A stretch of DNA of 39,692 nucleotides from Bacteroidota bacterium (GCA_019455105.1 JACFMZ010000014.1:1-39692); one strand, 5' to 3'; shown: positions 1-11,512, numbered from the stretch's first letter. The notes: generated by a model not told the origin, from the sequence alone. Translations and numbers: made by a program.

Positions 1-5
1 GTTAT

Positions 6-1589
6 TTATTTTTTCAGCAAATGATACATAATGGAATCAACCAGCGCTTTCCAGCTTGCGTCAACTACATCCGTAGAAACTCCGACGGTGTTCCATGATG
101 TTTTTCCGTTTTTTGTTTCAATTAAAACGCGCACCTTTGCCGCCGTGGCATGTTCGGAATCGAGCACGCGTACTTTATAATCCGTTAATTGAATTTCCTT
201 CAACTGCGGATAAAAACGCTCCAACGCTTTCCGCAGCGCTTTATCCAGCGCATTCACCGGACCGTTTCCTTCGGCGGCGGTAATTTCCGTTTCATCGCCG
301 ACGCGCACTTTAATCAACGCTTCGCTCAGCGCTTCTTCCATTCCGGCATCGCGGTGAATGCTGATTTTAAACCGTTCTAATTCAAATAATTTTTTAACTT
401 CGCCGGTATGTTTTTTTATCAAAAGCTCAAACGAGCCGTCCGCATCTTCAAAATAATATCCGTTGTGTTCCAGCTCTTTTAATTCCTGCACAACTTTTTG
501 CGCGGCAGGGGATTTATCATCCAATTTCAATCCGAGTTCTTCGGCTTTATACAGCACGTTGCTTTTTCCGGAAAGATCGGAAACAAGAACGCGCCGGATA
601 TTCCCGACATGTTCCGGCGCAATATGCTCGTACGTTACGGGATTTTTCATCACCGCGCTGACATGCACGCCTCCTTTATGCGCAAAGGCGCTTTCGCCGA
701 CGTAGGCAAGGTTTTTTTTCGGTTTAAGATTTGCCAACTCGCTGACATAGCGGGAAAGTTCCGTCAGTTTTTTCAATTGCTCGTTTTCAATACAACGGTA
801 ACCGAGTTTCAGTTGAAGGTTCGGAATAATGGAACACAAATTTGCATTACCGCACCGTTCGCCGAAACCGTTCATTGTTCCCTGCACATGTATGGCGCCT
901 TCTTGAATTGCCGCGAGCGAATTTGCCACGGCAAGTTCGCAGTCGTTATGCGTGTGAATGCCGAGCGGCGCCGTAATATGTTTTTTCACCTCGCGCACAA
1001 TTTCAGAAATTTCGGAAGTCATAGTTCCGCCGTTGGTATCGCACAACACAATAACATCGGCGCCGGCGTGCTGCGCCGTTTGCAGAATTTTTACGGCGTA
1101 CTGTTTATTATCTTTGTAGCCGTCAAAAAAATGTTCGGCATCGTACACAACTTCTTTTCCGTTCTTTTTAAGATACGAAACAGAATCGGCGATCAGTTCA
1201 AGATTTTCTTCTTCGGTAATGCCGAGTGCTTCTTTTACGTGAAGAATCCACGTTTTGCCGAAGATGGTAACCACCGGAGTTTTGGCATCAATCAGCGCCT
1301 GAATATTCGGGTCGTCTTCAACTTTATTTTTCGGCCGGCGCGTGCTTCCGAAGGCGGCAATTTTTGCGTGATGCAGTTTTTCCGAACGAATTTTTTCAAA
1401 AAATTCCATGTCTTTCGGATTTGAACCGGGCCAGCCCCCTTCAATATAATCAACGCCGAAGGAGTCGAGACGTTTTGCAATCTTCACTTTATCTTCCGCG
1501 GAAAAAGAAACTTCTTCTCCCTGCGTGCCGTCGCGAAGCGTTGTGTCGTACGTAAATATTTTTTTTGACATAATGGTTACCGAAAACAA
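6..1589 (-). CDS. cimA: (R)-citramalate synthase, LeuA/CimA family, with a C-terminal LeuA-dimer-like regulatory domain
   Basis: 527 aa. The N-terminus reads '[10 protein letters not shown]...[16 protein letters not shown]', which I recall as the CimA-type rather than the LeuA-type ('IEAGFPAASPGD') signature. The DRE-TIM barrel is followed by a roughly 120-aa C-terminal domain. It is the last gene of the ilv operon. Confidence 0.65.
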   Translation of the reverse strand: MFSVTIMSKKIFTYDTTLRDGTQGEEVSFSAEDKVKIAKRLDSFGVDYIEGGWPGSNPKDMEFFEKIRSEKLHHAKIAAFGSTRRPKNKVEDDPNIQALIDAKTPVVTIFGKTWILHVKEALGITEEENLELIADSVSYLKKNGKEVVYDAEHFFDGYKDNKQYAVKILQTAQHAGADVIVLCDTNGGTMTSEISEIVREVKKHITAPLGIHTHNDCELAVANSLAAIQEGAIHVQGTMNGFGERCGNANLCSIIPNLQLKLGYRCIENEQLKKLTELSRYVSELANLKPKKNLAYVGESAFAHKGGVHVSAVMKNPVTYEHIAPEHVGNIRRVLVSDLSGKSNVLYKAEELGLKLDDKSPAAQKVVQELKELEHNGYYFEDADGSFELLIKKHTGEVKKLFELERFKISIHRDAGMEEALSEALIKVRVGDETEITAAEGNGPVNALDKALRKALERFYPQLKEIQLTDYKVRVLDSEHATAAKVRVLIETKNGKTSWNTVGVSTDVVDASWKALVDSIMYHLLKK

Positions 1590-1658
1590 TGATGACAGCC
1601 GTGCTTTAATGTTTTACCTGTTGATGAATGAAAAAAATTAAACGATTTTCGTTCATTG

Positions 1659-2720
1659 TTATTTTATTTTTTTCCAATTTTCGGGACGCAGGTTTCTTAC
1701 GGCTTCGCCGGTCTTCCACATTTCGGAATTTTTCCATGCATCCAATTCTTTTTGCAGCGTTGCGCGGTAATCTGCGGCGCTGGTGGAATCCAGCACGCGC
1801 TTTGTTTCAACGCCGTTTTGCACATCGCGGTAAAGAAGTTCAAACAGCGGTCTGTTGGCATCTTCAAAACGCTTTGCCCAATCCAGCGCCCCCCGCTGTG
1901 CTGTTACCGAGCAGGCACCGAACATCCAGTCCATACCGTAATTTCCGACAAGCGGATATAAACTTTGCGTTGCTTCTTCAACGGTTTCGTTAAATGCCTC
2001 GCTCGGCGAGTGTCCCATTTCGCGAAGCACATCATACTGCGCTTTCATCAATCCGGCAATAGCGCCCATAAGGACGCCCCGCTCGCCGGTAAGATCGGAG
2101 AGCACTTCTTTTTCAAACGTGGTGGGAAATAAATATCCTGAGCCGATTGCGATACCGCAGGCAACGGCACGCTCCTGCGCTTTACCGGTTGCATCTTGAA
2201 AAATAGCATAGCTGGAATTTATTCCGCTTCCCGCCAGAAAGTTTGTGCGCACCGTCCGCCCGCTTCCTTTCGGCGCTACAAGAATAACATCAACATCTGC
2301 CGGAGGAATAACGCCGGTTTGATCTTTAAAGACAACAGAAAAACCGTGAGAGAAATAGAGCGCTTGTCCTTTTTTCAAATTTCTTTTTACAATTTCCCAT
2401 TGCTGTTTTTGTCCCGCATCGGAAAGAAGATATTGAACAATTGTTGCTTTTTGAATTGCTTCTTCAATATTGGAAAAGAGATTTTTTCCTTCCACCCAGC
2501 CGTCACGAACGGCATCATCCCAACCCTTGCCTCCTTTGCGCTGACCGACAATAACGTTGATTCCGTTATCGCGCATATTCAGTGATTGTCCGTGTCCCTG
2601 CGGACCGTAGCCGATAATAGCAACCACTTCATTCTTTAAAAACTCTTTTGCTTTTTCAAGCGGATATTCTTCGCGTGTAATTACTTCTTCTACCGTACCG
2701 CCGAAATTTATTTTTGCCAT
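1659..2720 (-). CDS. ilvC: ketol-acid reductoisomerase
   Basis: 353 aa. Rossmann motif 'VAIIGYGPQGHGQSLNMRDNG'; full-length class I KARI. Confidence 0.9.
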   Translation of the reverse strand: MAKINFGGTVEEVITREEYPLEKAKEFLKNEVVAIIGYGPQGHGQSLNMRDNGINVIVGQRKGGKGWDDAVRDGWVEGKNLFSNIEEAIQKATIVQYLLSDAGQKQQWEIVKRNLKKGQALYFSHGFSVVFKDQTGVIPPADVDVILVAPKGSGRTVRTNFLAGSGINSSYAIFQDATGKAQERAVACGIAIGSGYLFPTTFEKEVLSDLTGERGVLMGAIAGLMKAQYDVLREMGHSPSEAFNETVEEATQSLYPLVGNYGMDWMFGACSVTAQRGALDWAKRFEDANRPLFELLYRDVQNGVETKRVLDSTSAADYRATLQKELDAWKNSEMWKTGEAVRNLRPENWKKIK

Positions 2721-2814
2721 AATTCCTCCTTATGTTAAACCGTTGAGTGAAGATTTTTCTCTGTAACTCTTCGGTATATTTTTTTAATGATGAAAATAAA
2801 AAATTTTTATTTGC

Positions 2815-4236
2815 TTACGGAAGCATTGAACTTCCCATTAAATACGTATCCACTGCTTTCGCAACTTTTCTTCCTTCGTTAATTGCCCACACCACAAGCG
2901 ATTGACCGCGGCGCATATCGCCGGCAGAAAAAATTCCCGGCATAGAAGTCATATACCGAGTGTTGGTGGAAACATTTCCGCGCGAATCGAGCGCAATGCC
3001 AAGCTCATCAAGCAGTCCGCTCTTTGCCGGTCCCGTAAATCCCATGGCGAGCAGCACAAGATCGGCATCAAGCGTAAATTCCGATCCGCTGATTGGCGAA
3101 AAAGAGGGGGGCGGACCAACACGGACAGCATGAAGTTTTTTTACGTTGCCGAATTCATCTCCTTCAAAACGGACGGTGTTCATTGCCCAGTTTCGTTCTC
3201 CTCCTTCTTCGTGCGAACTTTCTGTTCGCAATTGCAGGGGCCACATGGGCCACGGCGTAGATTCCGAACGCTCAAGGGGCGGTTTCGGCATAATTTCAAA
3301 CTGCTGAACCGATTTTGCTTTCTGGCGCAGACTTGTTCCCAGACAGTCGGCTCCTGTATCGCCGCCGCCGATTATTATAACATGTTTTCCCGTAGCAAAA
3401 ATTTCCGTTGCAGAGTCTAATGTATCGCCGGCATTCCGCTTGTTTTGCTGAGGCAGAAATTCCATTGCAAAATGTATTCCTTTTAATTCCCGCCCCGGCA
3501 CATTAAGATTCCGCGGAGATTCCGAACCGCCGCACAATACAAGAGCATCATACGACTGGCGCAATTCTTCGGCAGAAATATTCACTCCCACATTGGCGCG
3601 CGTTGTAAAAACAATTCCTTCCGCCTGCAAAATATCAAGACGCCGGTCGATAACATGTTTATCCAATTTAAAATCAGGAATACCGTAGCGAAGCAGTCCG
3701 CCGATGCGGTCGTTCTTTTCATACACCGTAACGCGATGTCCAGCTCTATTTAGTTGCTGCGCCGCTGCAAGCCCCGAAGGACCGGAGCCGATAACGGCAA
3801 CCGTTTTTCCGGTTCGAACTTTTGGACGTTCCGGTTTTATCCATCCGTTTTGAAATGCCCGCTCGATAATTGCTTTTTCAATAGCTTTAATTGTTACCGG
3901 CGGCTCGTTTATTCCAAGAACGCAGGCAGCTTCGCACGGCGCAGGACAAATAGTGCCGGTAAATTCCGGAAAATTATTTGTTGAAAGAAGAACCCGTGCT
4001 GCTTCTTCCCAGCGGTTTCTGTACACCAAATCATTCCAATGCGGAATAACGTTATTCACCGGGCATCCGGTTTGGCAAAATGGAACTCCGCAATCCATAC
4101 AGCGCGCAGCTTGCGTTCGCATTTTATCTTCCGGCAGATACGTATAAACTTCGCGCCAGTCTTCCAGCCGTTCGGCAACGTTGCGGCGGGGTGCAACCTC
4201 TCTTTTGTATTCTAAAAATCCCGTTACCTTACCCAT
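2815..4236 (-). CDS. gltD: glutamate synthase (NADPH) small/beta subunit
   Basis: 473 aa. N-terminal Fe-S Cys cluster '[15 protein letters not shown]', FAD/NAD(P) sites '[14 protein letters not shown]' and '[13 protein letters not shown]'. It overlaps the 3' end of gltB by 8 nt. Confidence 0.85.
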   Translation of the reverse strand: MGKVTGFLEYKREVAPRRNVAERLEDWREVYTYLPEDKMRTQAARCMDCGVPFCQTGCPVNNVIPHWNDLVYRNRWEEAARVLLSTNNFPEFTGTICPAPCEAACVLGINEPPVTIKAIEKAIIERAFQNGWIKPERPKVRTGKTVAVIGSGPSGLAAAQQLNRAGHRVTVYEKNDRIGGLLRYGIPDFKLDKHVIDRRLDILQAEGIVFTTRANVGVNISAEELRQSYDALVLCGGSESPRNLNVPGRELKGIHFAMEFLPQQNKRNAGDTLDSATEIFATGKHVIIIGGGDTGADCLGTSLRQKAKSVQQFEIMPKPPLERSESTPWPMWPLQLRTESSHEEGGERNWAMNTVRFEGDEFGNVKKLHAVRVGPPPSFSPISGSEFTLDADLVLLAMGFTGPAKSGLLDELGIALDSRGNVSTNTRYMTSMPGIFSAGDMRRGQSLVVWAINEGRKVAKAVDTYLMGSSMLP

Positions 4237-7200
4237 GCACTGCCTCCGTTATTCCTCCCTGCAAATCGGAAAGTTTTTTCTTCTCCGCTTTTTTCGCTTC
4301 GGCAAGCACGCGTTTATAATCGTGCGGAAAGATTTTAACAAATTTTAATTTTACCGAATCCCATTTCTCAAGAATTGCTTTTCCGCGTTCGCTTTGAGTA
4401 TAGGCAACATGTTTTTTCAGCAATGCGATGATGCGCTGTTCATCTTCGGCATCAAGCGGATCAATATCAACCATTGCTTTATTTAACATCTTTGTGGAAA
4501 ATTCTCCGTCTTCATCCAGCACATAAGCAACCCCGCCGGACATTCCGGCAGCAAAATTTTTTCCGGTTTTTCCAAGAACTACCACAACGCCGTTGGTCAT
4601 ATATTCGCAGCCGTTGGCGCCGACTGATTCAACCACAACCGCAGCACCGGAATTTCGAACAGCAAACCGCTCTCCGGCTCTTCCGCAGAAATATGCTTCG
4701 CCGCTGGTGGCGCCGTAGAGAACAACATTCCCGACAATAGAATTTTCTTCCGCTTTAAATGAAGAATTTTTCGGAGGAAAGATAATAATTTTTCCGCCCG
4801 ATAATCCCTTGCCGACATAATCGTTCGCATCACCTTCAAGAGTCAGCGTAACTCCTTTAGAAAGAAATGCGCCGAAACTTTGTCCTGCCGAACCGGTAAA
4901 ATTAATTTTAATGGTATCTTCCGGCAGTCCCTCTGAACCGTAATACTTCGCTATTCTTCCGCTTAACAATGCGCCGACGGTGCGGTGAATGTTTTTGATA
5001 GGAAGCGAAAACTCTACCGGTTTTTTTTCTTCAAGAGCGATTTTAGCTTTTTCCAAAAGCTGGTAATCAATCACTTCGCTGATGCCGTGATCCTGCGGAA
5101 TTAAACATCGTCTGCCGATACGAAGCGGAACAGCAGGTTGATGTAAAATTGCGGAAAGGTTGATATGTTTTGCTTTCCAATGATCAATATCTTTTCGTTG
5201 CTGCAACATATCCACGCGTCCGATCATTTCATCAATTGTGCGGAAGCCGAGTTTCGCCATAATCTCGCGCATTTCTTCGGCAATAAAGAAGAGAAAATTA
5301 ATAACATGTTCCGGCGTTCCAGTGAATTTTTTCCGCAGTTCCGGATCCTGCGTTGCAATGCCGACAGGACAAGTATTCAAATGACATTTACGCATCATAA
5401 TGCAGCCGATAGCGAGCAGAGGCGTTGTGGCAAAACCAAATTCTTCTGCGCCGAGCAGCGCGGCAATAACAACATCGCGCCCCGTTTGCAGTTTGCCGTC
5501 TGTTTGTAACCGAACGCGGCTGCGCAGATCATTCAGCACCAGCGTTTGCTGCGTTTCGGCAAGACCGAGTTCCCACGGCACGCCCGCATGTTTAATGGAA
5601 GTCAACGGCGACGCGCCGGTTCCTCCGTTATCGCCGCTGATTAAAATCATATCCGCATGCGCTTTGGCAACACCGGCAGCAACAGTTCCCACGCCGACTT
5701 CCGAAACAAGTTTCACGGAAATACGCGCGAGAGGATTAACGTTCTTCAAATCAAAAATTAACTGCGCTAAATCTTCTATTGAATAAATATCGTGATGCGG
5801 CGGCGGAGAAATTAATCCGACTCCAGGAATTGAATGACGGGTTTTTGCAATTACCACATCAACTTTATGTCCGGGAAGCTGCCCTCCTTCTCCCGGCTTT
5901 GCTCCCTGCGCAATTTTAATTTGAATTTCATCTGCATTGGCAAGATAATTTGTTGTTACGCCGAACCGCCCGGAAGCAACCTGCTTAATTGCGCTTCGCC
6001 GAAGATCGCCGTTTGAATCGGAATGAAACCGCTCTTCATCTTCGCCTCCTTCTCCCGTGTTCGATTTTCCGCCGATGCGGTTCATAGCAACGGCAATGGT
6101 TTCATGCGCTTCTTTGCTGATTGAACCGAATGACATTGCGCCGGTAACAAATCGGCGGACAATATCCTTTGCGGGTTCAACATCTTCAATATGCACGCTG
6201 CGCGTTCCGCTTTTAAATTCCATTAAACCGCGCAGAGTAAAAAATTCTTTTTCCTGATTGTTGATGTAATCCGAAAATTCTTTAAACGATTTATATTCTT
6301 TCTTTCGAACCGCCTGCTGAAGTTTGGTAACGGTTAAAGGATTGATGAGATGACGCTCTTCATTAATCCGGTAATAATAATCACCGCCGAGACAAAGTTC
6401 CGTATCGAACTGAGTCTGCGGCTTAAATGCGTATTCATGTTTTCGGCGCGCTTCTTCAACCAACACATCCAGTCCGATTCCTTCGATGCGTGAAGCCGTG
6501 CCGGTGAAATATTTTTTTACCACGTCGCTGTTTAAACCGAGAATTTCAAAAATCTGCGCACCGCGATAACTTTGCAGCGTTGAAATTCCCATTTTGGAAA
6601 AGACTTTTAATAATCCTTTGCCGGCTGCTTTTTTGTAATTCTGCACTGCTTTCTCCGGCGTAATTCCTTCGGCTAAACGATTTTTATTAGCAAGATCTTC
6701 TGCCGTTTCAATTGCCAAATACGGATTGACCGCGCTCGCACCGTAGCCAATAAGTAAACAGTAATGCATAACTTCACGCGGCTCGCCGGACTCGACAACC
6801 AGCGCAACCTGCGTTCGTGTTTTTTCGCGCACAAGATGATTGTGCACCGCCGTTAATGCCAGCAGACTCGGAATCGGCGCGTATTCTTCGTCAGAACCGC
6901 GGTCGGAAAGAATAATTATTGAATATCCCGATTCAATAGCTAATGTTGCGCGCCGGCATAAACCATCCAGCGCCCGCTCTAATTCTTCCGCTCCGCCGTT
7001 TACGCGAAACAGTGTCGGCAGTGTTGTTGCCAGAAAATTCCCCCATGAAACGCGGCGCAGTTTTTCTAAATCCGAGTTCGTCAGCAGCGGGTGCGGAACT
7101 TTTAACGTATGACAATGCTGCGGCGTTTCTTCCAAAATATTTCTTTCCGTGCCGATATAACTGTTCAGCGACATTACAAAATCTTCACGTATCGGATCAA

Positions 7201-8791
7201 TCGGCGGGTTGGTTACCTGAGCAAACAATTGCTTAAAATATGCAAAGAGCGATTGCGGTTTATCGGATAAACAGGCAAGCGGCGTATCTGTTCCCATGGA
7301 ACCTATCGGCTCTTCGCCGTTTTCCGCCATCGGCGTCATAATCATACGAACGTCTTCTTCGGAATAACCGAACATTCGCTGACGATGAAGAATATCTTCC
7401 GCATTTAACGGATGCGTTCGCACCGGATCGGGAAGCTGATCAATGTTTAACTGATTTTCTTTTATCCATTCGGCGTACGGCTGACGCGCGCTTAACTGCG
7501 CTTTTATTTCTTCATCGGGAATAATGCGCTGTTGTTCAAGATCAACTAAAAGCATTTTTCCCGGCTCTAATCTTCCTTTTAGTGTTATTGACTCCGGTTC
7601 AATTTCCATTACGCCGACCTCGGAAGCCATAATCAAAATATCATCCTTGGTTACAATGTAGCGTGCCGGACGAAGTCCGTTTCTATCAAGCGTTGCGCCG
7701 ATAACTTTTCCGTCGGTAAACGCAACCGCTGCCGGTCCGTCCCACGGTTCCATCAGCGATGCGTGATATTCATAAAATGCTTTTTTCTCCGGCGGCATTG
7801 TTTTATCGTGATCCCACGCTTCGGGAATTAACATAGCCATAACATGGGGCAGGCTTCTTCCGGAAAGCGTCAGCAGTTCTACAACATTATCCAGCGTTGA
7901 TGAATCACTTCCGTTCGGCTGAATAACCGGAAAGATTTTCTTTAAATCATCGCCGAACAATTCGGATTTTAAAACAGATTGACGCGCCTGCATCCAAATG
8001 GCGTTCCCTTTCAGCGTATTAATTTCGCCGTTGTGGCAAATGTACCGGAACGGATGCGCCAGCTGCCAGTTCGGTAAAGTGTTGGTAGAAAATCGCTGAT
8101 GCACCAAACAGAACGCGCTCTCGGTTTCCGCATCTAATAAATCGCCGTAAAATTGTTCAATCTGAGGTGCAAGCAGCAAGCCTTTGTACACAATTATTCG
8201 GGAAGAAAGCGAAGGGATATAAAAAAAATCTTTTTCTTTTATATCCGAATTAAAAATTTCGGCTTCCGCCCTTTTACGAACAATGTACAGTTTCCGCTCA
8301 AACTGATCGCGCGACATTTCTTTTCCGCGCTGAATGAAAATCTGCTCAATATACGGCTGCGAATTTCGGGCGATACGTCCTATGGCATCGGCGCCGACCG
8401 GCGTATCGCGCCAGCCAAGCAGCAGTAAATCTTCTTCATGAATAATTCGTTCCAGAACCGCTTCGCATCGCAGGCGCGCGGCGGCTTCAACCGGAAGAAA
8501 AATGATTCCCGCGCTGTATTCTCCTTCGTTGGGAAGCTGAATGCCGAGCGCAGCAGTTTCTTTTACAAAAAATTTGTGCGGTATTTGAATGGTTAATCCT
8601 GCGCCGTCTCCGGTTTCGGGGTCGCAGCCGCACGCTCCCCGATGCGTAAGGTTAATGAGAATTTCAATTCCCTTTTTTATAATCGTATGCGATTTTTCAT
8701 TGCGAATATTGACAATGAACCCGATACCGCAGGCATCGTGTTCGTATTCTTTCTTATAGAGAGGAAAATTTCTTATCTGCTCTTCGTGCAC
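4229..8791 (-). CDS. gltB: glutamate synthase large/alpha subunit
   Basis: 1520 aa. N-terminal Ntn amidotransferase start '[10 protein letters not shown]', then the FMN/central domain and a C-terminal GXGXG beta-helix region. Confidence 0.9.
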   Translation of the reverse strand: MHEEQIRNFPLYKKEYEHDACGIGFIVNIRNEKSHTIIKKGIEILINLTHRGACGCDPETGDGAGLTIQIPHKFFVKETAALGIQLPNEGEYSAGIIFLPVEAAARLRCEAVLERIIHEEDLLLLGWRDTPVGADAIGRIARNSQPYIEQIFIQRGKEMSRDQFERKLYIVRKRAEAEIFNSDIKEKDFFYIPSLSSRIIVYKGLLLAPQIEQFYGDLLDAETESAFCLVHQRFSTNTLPNWQLAHPFRYICHNGEINTLKGNAIWMQARQSVLKSELFGDDLKKIFPVIQPNGSDSSTLDNVVELLTLSGRSLPHVMAMLIPEAWDHDKTMPPEKKAFYEYHASLMEPWDGPAAVAFTDGKVIGATLDRNGLRPARYIVTKDDILIMASEVGVMEIEPESITLKGRLEPGKMLLVDLEQQRIIPDEEIKAQLSARQPYAEWIKENQLNIDQLPDPVRTHPLNAEDILHRQRMFGYSEEDVRMIMTPMAENGEEPIGSMGTDTPLACLSDKPQSLFAYFKQLFAQVTNPPIDPIREDFVMSLNSYIGTERNILEETPQHCHTLKVPHPLLTNSDLEKLRRVSWGNFLATTLPTLFRVNGGAEELERALDGLCRRATLAIESGYSIIILSDRGSDEEYAPIPSLLALTAVHNHLVREKTRTQVALVVESGEPREVMHYCLLIGYGASAVNPYLAIETAEDLANKNRLAEGITPEKAVQNYKKAAGKGLLKVFSKMGISTLQSYRGAQIFEILGLNSDVVKKYFTGTASRIEGIGLDVLVEEARRKHEYAFKPQTQFDTELCLGGDYYYRINEERHLINPLTVTKLQQAVRKKEYKSFKEFSDYINNQEKEFFTLRGLMEFKSGTRSVHIEDVEPAKDIVRRFVTGAMSFGSISKEAHETIAVAMNRIGGKSNTGEGGEDEERFHSDSNGDLRRSAIKQVASGRFGVTTNYLANADEIQIKIAQGAKPGEGGQLPGHKVDVVIAKTRHSIPGVGLISPPPHHDIYSIEDLAQLIFDLKNVNPLARISVKLVSEVGVGTVAAGVAKAHADMILISGDNGGTGASPLTSIKHAGVPWELGLAETQQTLVLNDLRSRVRLQTDGKLQTGRDVVIAALLGAEEFGFATTPLLAIGCIMMRKCHLNTCPVGIATQDPELRKKFTGTPEHVINFLFFIAEEMREIMAKLGFRTIDEMIGRVDMLQQRKDIDHWKAKHINLSAILHQPAVPLRIGRRCLIPQDHGISEVIDYQLLEKAKIALEEKKPVEFSLPIKNIHRTVGALLSGRIAKYYGSEGLPEDTIKINFTGSAGQSFGAFLSKGVTLTLEGDANDYVGKGLSGGKIIIFPPKNSSFKAEENSIVGNVVLYGATSGEAYFCGRAGERFAVRNSGAAVVVESVGANGCEYMTNGVVVVLGKTGKNFAAGMSGGVAYVLDEDGEFSTKMLNKAMVDIDPLDAEDEQRIIALLKKHVAYTQSERGKAILEKWDSVKLKFVKIFPHDYKRVLAEAKKAEKKKLSDLQGGITEAVHG

Positions 8792-8819
8792 GTATTATCC
8801 TTTAAAATTATTTTTAGAA

Positions 8820-9344
8820 TTATACTTCACCAACAAACTCGCGTTTTAATGCCACCCGCCCTGTGCGTGAAATTTCTTTTATATGAAATGGTTTTAACAT
8901 TTTCACAATAGCATCAACTTTTTGCCCGCTTCCGGTTGCTTCCACCGTAACAGTTTTATGGCTGATATCAATAATTTTTCCTTGAAAGATTTCGACAATC
9001 TGCATTATTTCAGATCGAGTTTTTTCATTCGTGCTTACTTTTATCAGCGCAAGCTCCCGCTCCATAAAACTTTCGTACGTCAGATCGATGACTTTTAAAG
9101 TATTAATCAGCTTATTCAGCTGTTTAATAATCTGTTCAATAATATCATCGTCCCCTTGTGTTACTATTGTCATGCGCGAAACGGTTTCATCTTCCGTAGG
9201 ACCAACAGTAATGCTTTCAAGGTTGTATCCCTTAGCAGAAAATAAACCGGCAATTCTGTTCAGTGCGCCGAATTTATTTTCCACTAAAAGAGAAATGGTA
9301 TGTTTTTTTTGCGATTGTTCCGCTGTTGCTTGATTGGCATCCAT
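8820..9344 (-). CDS. ilvN: acetolactate synthase small (regulatory) subunit
   Basis: 174 aa. ACT domain 'ISLLVENKFGALNRIAGLFSAKGYNLESITV'. It lies 5 nt downstream of ilvB. Confidence 0.85.
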   Translation of the reverse strand: MDANQATAEQSQKKHTISLLVENKFGALNRIAGLFSAKGYNLESITVGPTEDETVSRMTIVTQGDDDIIEQIIKQLNKLINTLKVIDLTYESFMERELALIKVSTNEKTRSEIMQIVEIFQGKIIDISHKTVTVEATGSGQKVDAIVKMLKPFHIKEISRTGRVALKREFVGEV

Positions 9345-9349
9345 AAGTA

Positions 9350-11113
9350 TTATCCTTTGCTGAAAGTAACAAATTGTAATTCTTCCGGTAATTCCTTTTC
9401 TTCTCCCTCTTGTTTTTCATTTTCCGGAACATCGAGAATTTCGTTGTATGATTGTCCGCCGGGTATCATCGGATATACATTTCCTTCCCTGACAACCTTA
9501 AATTCTGCAATTGCCGGACCTTTTTCTGCCAGAACTTTTTTCAATACATCTTCCACCTCATCCGTGTAAGAAGCGCGGAATCCCGGCAATCCGTACGCAT
9601 CAGCGAGTTTTACAAAATCCGGTGCGGATAATTCTACCTGTGAATAACGCTTGTGCCAGAATAATTCCTGCCATTGGCGCACCATGCCGAGATATCCGTT
9701 ATTGATGATGATAATTTTAATCGGAATATTGTTTTGCACAATGGTCGCAAGCTCTTGAATATTCATTTGTATTCCGCCGTCTCCGCTCACTGAAATAATC
9801 GGCATATCGTTACGCGCCAGCGCCGCTCCGATTGATGCCGGCAGTGAAAATCCCATTGTTCCCAATCCGCCGGAAGTTAAATGTGTTCTCGGCTGCTGAT
9901 AGCTGAAAAACTGCGCCATCCACATTTGATGCTGACCCACATCGCTGACCATTACGGCATTTCCCTTTGTTAATTCTGAAATTTTTTGGATCACGTATTG
10001 CGAACGAATCAGTTTTCCGTTTTTATAGCGAAGCGGATGTTCCTCCTTCCAATTATTAATTGTCTGCATCCAATCTTTTGTGTCAATAGCTTTTACCAGC
10101 GGCATAAGCTGTTGCAGCACTCTTTTCACATCCCCGACAATTGGAACATCAACTTTCACATTTTTACTTATGTTTGTCGGGTCAATATCAATATGAATTT
10201 TTTTCGAGTCCGGAGAGAAGGATTCTAACTTTCCCGTTACTCGGTCATCAAATCGCGATCCGACGGCGATTAACAAATCAGCATAATTTACCGCAGAGTT
10301 TGAATACCACGTTCCGTGCATGCCGAGCATGCCGAGCGACAGTTCATCCGATTCCGGAAATGCACCGAGTCCGTTTAAAGTTGTTGTTACGGGAATTTTT
10401 GTCTTACGTGCAAACTTTGTTAATTCTTCCGATGCGTTGGAAAGTATCGTTCCTCCGCCGACATACAATACCGGGCGTTTCGCTTTTGCAATAAGCACTG
10501 CCGCTTTTTCTAATTGTTTCTGATGCCCATCGTACGGAAGATCGTACGTTCGCATTTTAATACTTTTCGGATATTCAAACATTGCTTTGCTTGAAAGAAC
10601 ATCTTTCGGAAGATCCACAAGAACCGGTCCCGGTCTTCCGGTAGTAGCCACATAAAATGCTTCTTTAATAATGGAAGCTAATTCTTTTACATCGCGTACT
10701 AAATAATTATGCTTCGTAATCGGTCGGGTAATGCCGACAATATCCGCTTCCTGAAAGGCATCGTTCCCAATAAGTTTCAACGGAACTTGTCCGGTAAACA
10801 CCACCAATGGAATAGAATCTAAATACGCATTGGCTATGCCGGTTACCGTGTTCGTTCCGCCGGGACCGGAAGTTACCAGTGTTACGCCGGGACGTCCGCT
10901 GGCGCGGGCATAACCTTCGGCGGCGTGCACCGCTCCTTGTTCGTGCCGTGTAAGAACATGTTTTATATCGGTTACATCCAGAAGTACATCATAGATGCCG
11001 ATAACAACTCCGCCGGGATAACCGAAAATTACTTCAACGCCTTCTTCAACAAGAGAGCGAACAAATATTTCCGCGCCGGACATTAATCGTTGGGAAGAAT
11101 TTTGCTGTGTCAT
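9350..11113 (-). CDS. ilvB: acetolactate synthase large (catalytic) subunit, ThDP-dependent
   Basis: 587 aa. ThDP motif 'GDGGIQMNIQELAT..NNGYLGMVRQWQ', FAD-binding middle domain. The SD 'AGGTGA' sits 5 nt before the ATG. Confidence 0.9.
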   Translation of the reverse strand: MTQQNSSQRLMSGAEIFVRSLVEEGVEVIFGYPGGVVIGIYDVLLDVTDIKHVLTRHEQGAVHAAEGYARASGRPGVTLVTSGPGGTNTVTGIANAYLDSIPLVVFTGQVPLKLIGNDAFQEADIVGITRPITKHNYLVRDVKELASIIKEAFYVATTGRPGPVLVDLPKDVLSSKAMFEYPKSIKMRTYDLPYDGHQKQLEKAAVLIAKAKRPVLYVGGGTILSNASEELTKFARKTKIPVTTTLNGLGAFPESDELSLGMLGMHGTWYSNSAVNYADLLIAVGSRFDDRVTGKLESFSPDSKKIHIDIDPTNISKNVKVDVPIVGDVKRVLQQLMPLVKAIDTKDWMQTINNWKEEHPLRYKNGKLIRSQYVIQKISELTKGNAVMVSDVGQHQMWMAQFFSYQQPRTHLTSGGLGTMGFSLPASIGAALARNDMPIISVSGDGGIQMNIQELATIVQNNIPIKIIIINNGYLGMVRQWQELFWHKRYSQVELSAPDFVKLADAYGLPGFRASYTDEVEDVLKKVLAEKGPAIAEFKVVREGNVYPMIPGGQSYNEILDVPENEKQEGEEKELPEELQFVTFSKG

Positions 11114-11119
11114 ACCATC

Positions 11120-11253
11120 ACCTTATGAAATTAATAAATACAGTAAACTATAATCCTCTTACTTCAGAGGTTACATCCTGAATTCACATTTCATTTGGTG
11201 CTGTTTGGAACGAATTATTTTGATTTGTGTTGTGGGTGTAACCTCTGCATCTC
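11120..11253 (-). promoter_or_regulatory. putative transcription attenuator (antiterminator and terminator alternatives) between the leader peptide and ilvB
   Basis: There is a perfect 11-bp inverted repeat, 'tgtaacctctg' at 11237-11247 pairing with 'cagaggttaca' at 11165-11175, with a 61-nt loop. The repeat arm nearer the leader ORF (11237-11247) begins 6 nt after the leader stop on the mRNA. The 3' part of the other arm (CCUCU) can instead pair with AGAGG at 11155-11170, giving a 5-bp hairpin followed by an A/U-rich tract, so the two structures are mutually exclusive. A possible promoter TTGACT-16-TATCTT lies on the minus strand around 11477-11450. Confidence 0.4.
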
Positions 11254-11403
11254 TTAGCCTGTAATTGTTAGGCGTAGAATCGCAAATGTAAAACCCACTA
11301 GAATAATAATTCCGCTAATCGGTAGGAGAGAGACAGGTACAGCCACGACACGCGTTGTTGGACGCAATGCAGTTCTTCCTGTTATAAAATTCTCTGCGGA
11401 CAT
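11254..11403 (-). CDS. ilv operon leader peptide (49 aa, rich in Ile, Val, Leu and Thr)
   Basis: I translated the minus strand by hand: MSAENFITGRTALRPTTRVVAVPVSLLPISGIIILVGFTFAILRLTITG*. 27 of 49 residues are I, L, V or T, including an 'IIILV' run. It sits about 140 nt upstream of ilvB and is followed by mutually exclusive hairpins. The ORF track omits it because it is under 60 aa. Confidence 0.55.
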   Translation of the reverse strand: MSAENFITGRTALRPTTRVVAVPVSLLPISGIIILVGFTFAILRLTITG

Positions 11404-11512
11404 TGTTTAGTGTTGGTTGAATGAATGTGTAACTTAACTACACGTTTTAAAGATACGACTTTTAATTCCTTAGTCAAGAATTTTTTTTGTATCTTTAAAT
11501 TAATTTTCTTTC

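Noticed and set aside
498-1424. 308-aa plus-strand ORF (F/R/N-rich) and several 60-130-aa ORFs antisense to cimA and ilvC
   Set aside because: They lie entirely inside strongly conserved minus-strand genes, have low-complexity composition, and show no start context. They are antisense-frame artefacts.
11114-11512. Possible T-box riboswitch or a housekeeping ncRNA (RNase P RNA, SRP RNA, tmRNA) in the 400-bp gap upstream of ilvB
   Set aside because: I found no T-box 'AGGGTGGNACCGCG', no RNase P 'GGAAAGUCCGGGCUCC', no SRP domain-IV motif and no tmRNA ends. The I/V/L/T-rich small ORF plus alternative hairpins explains the region better.
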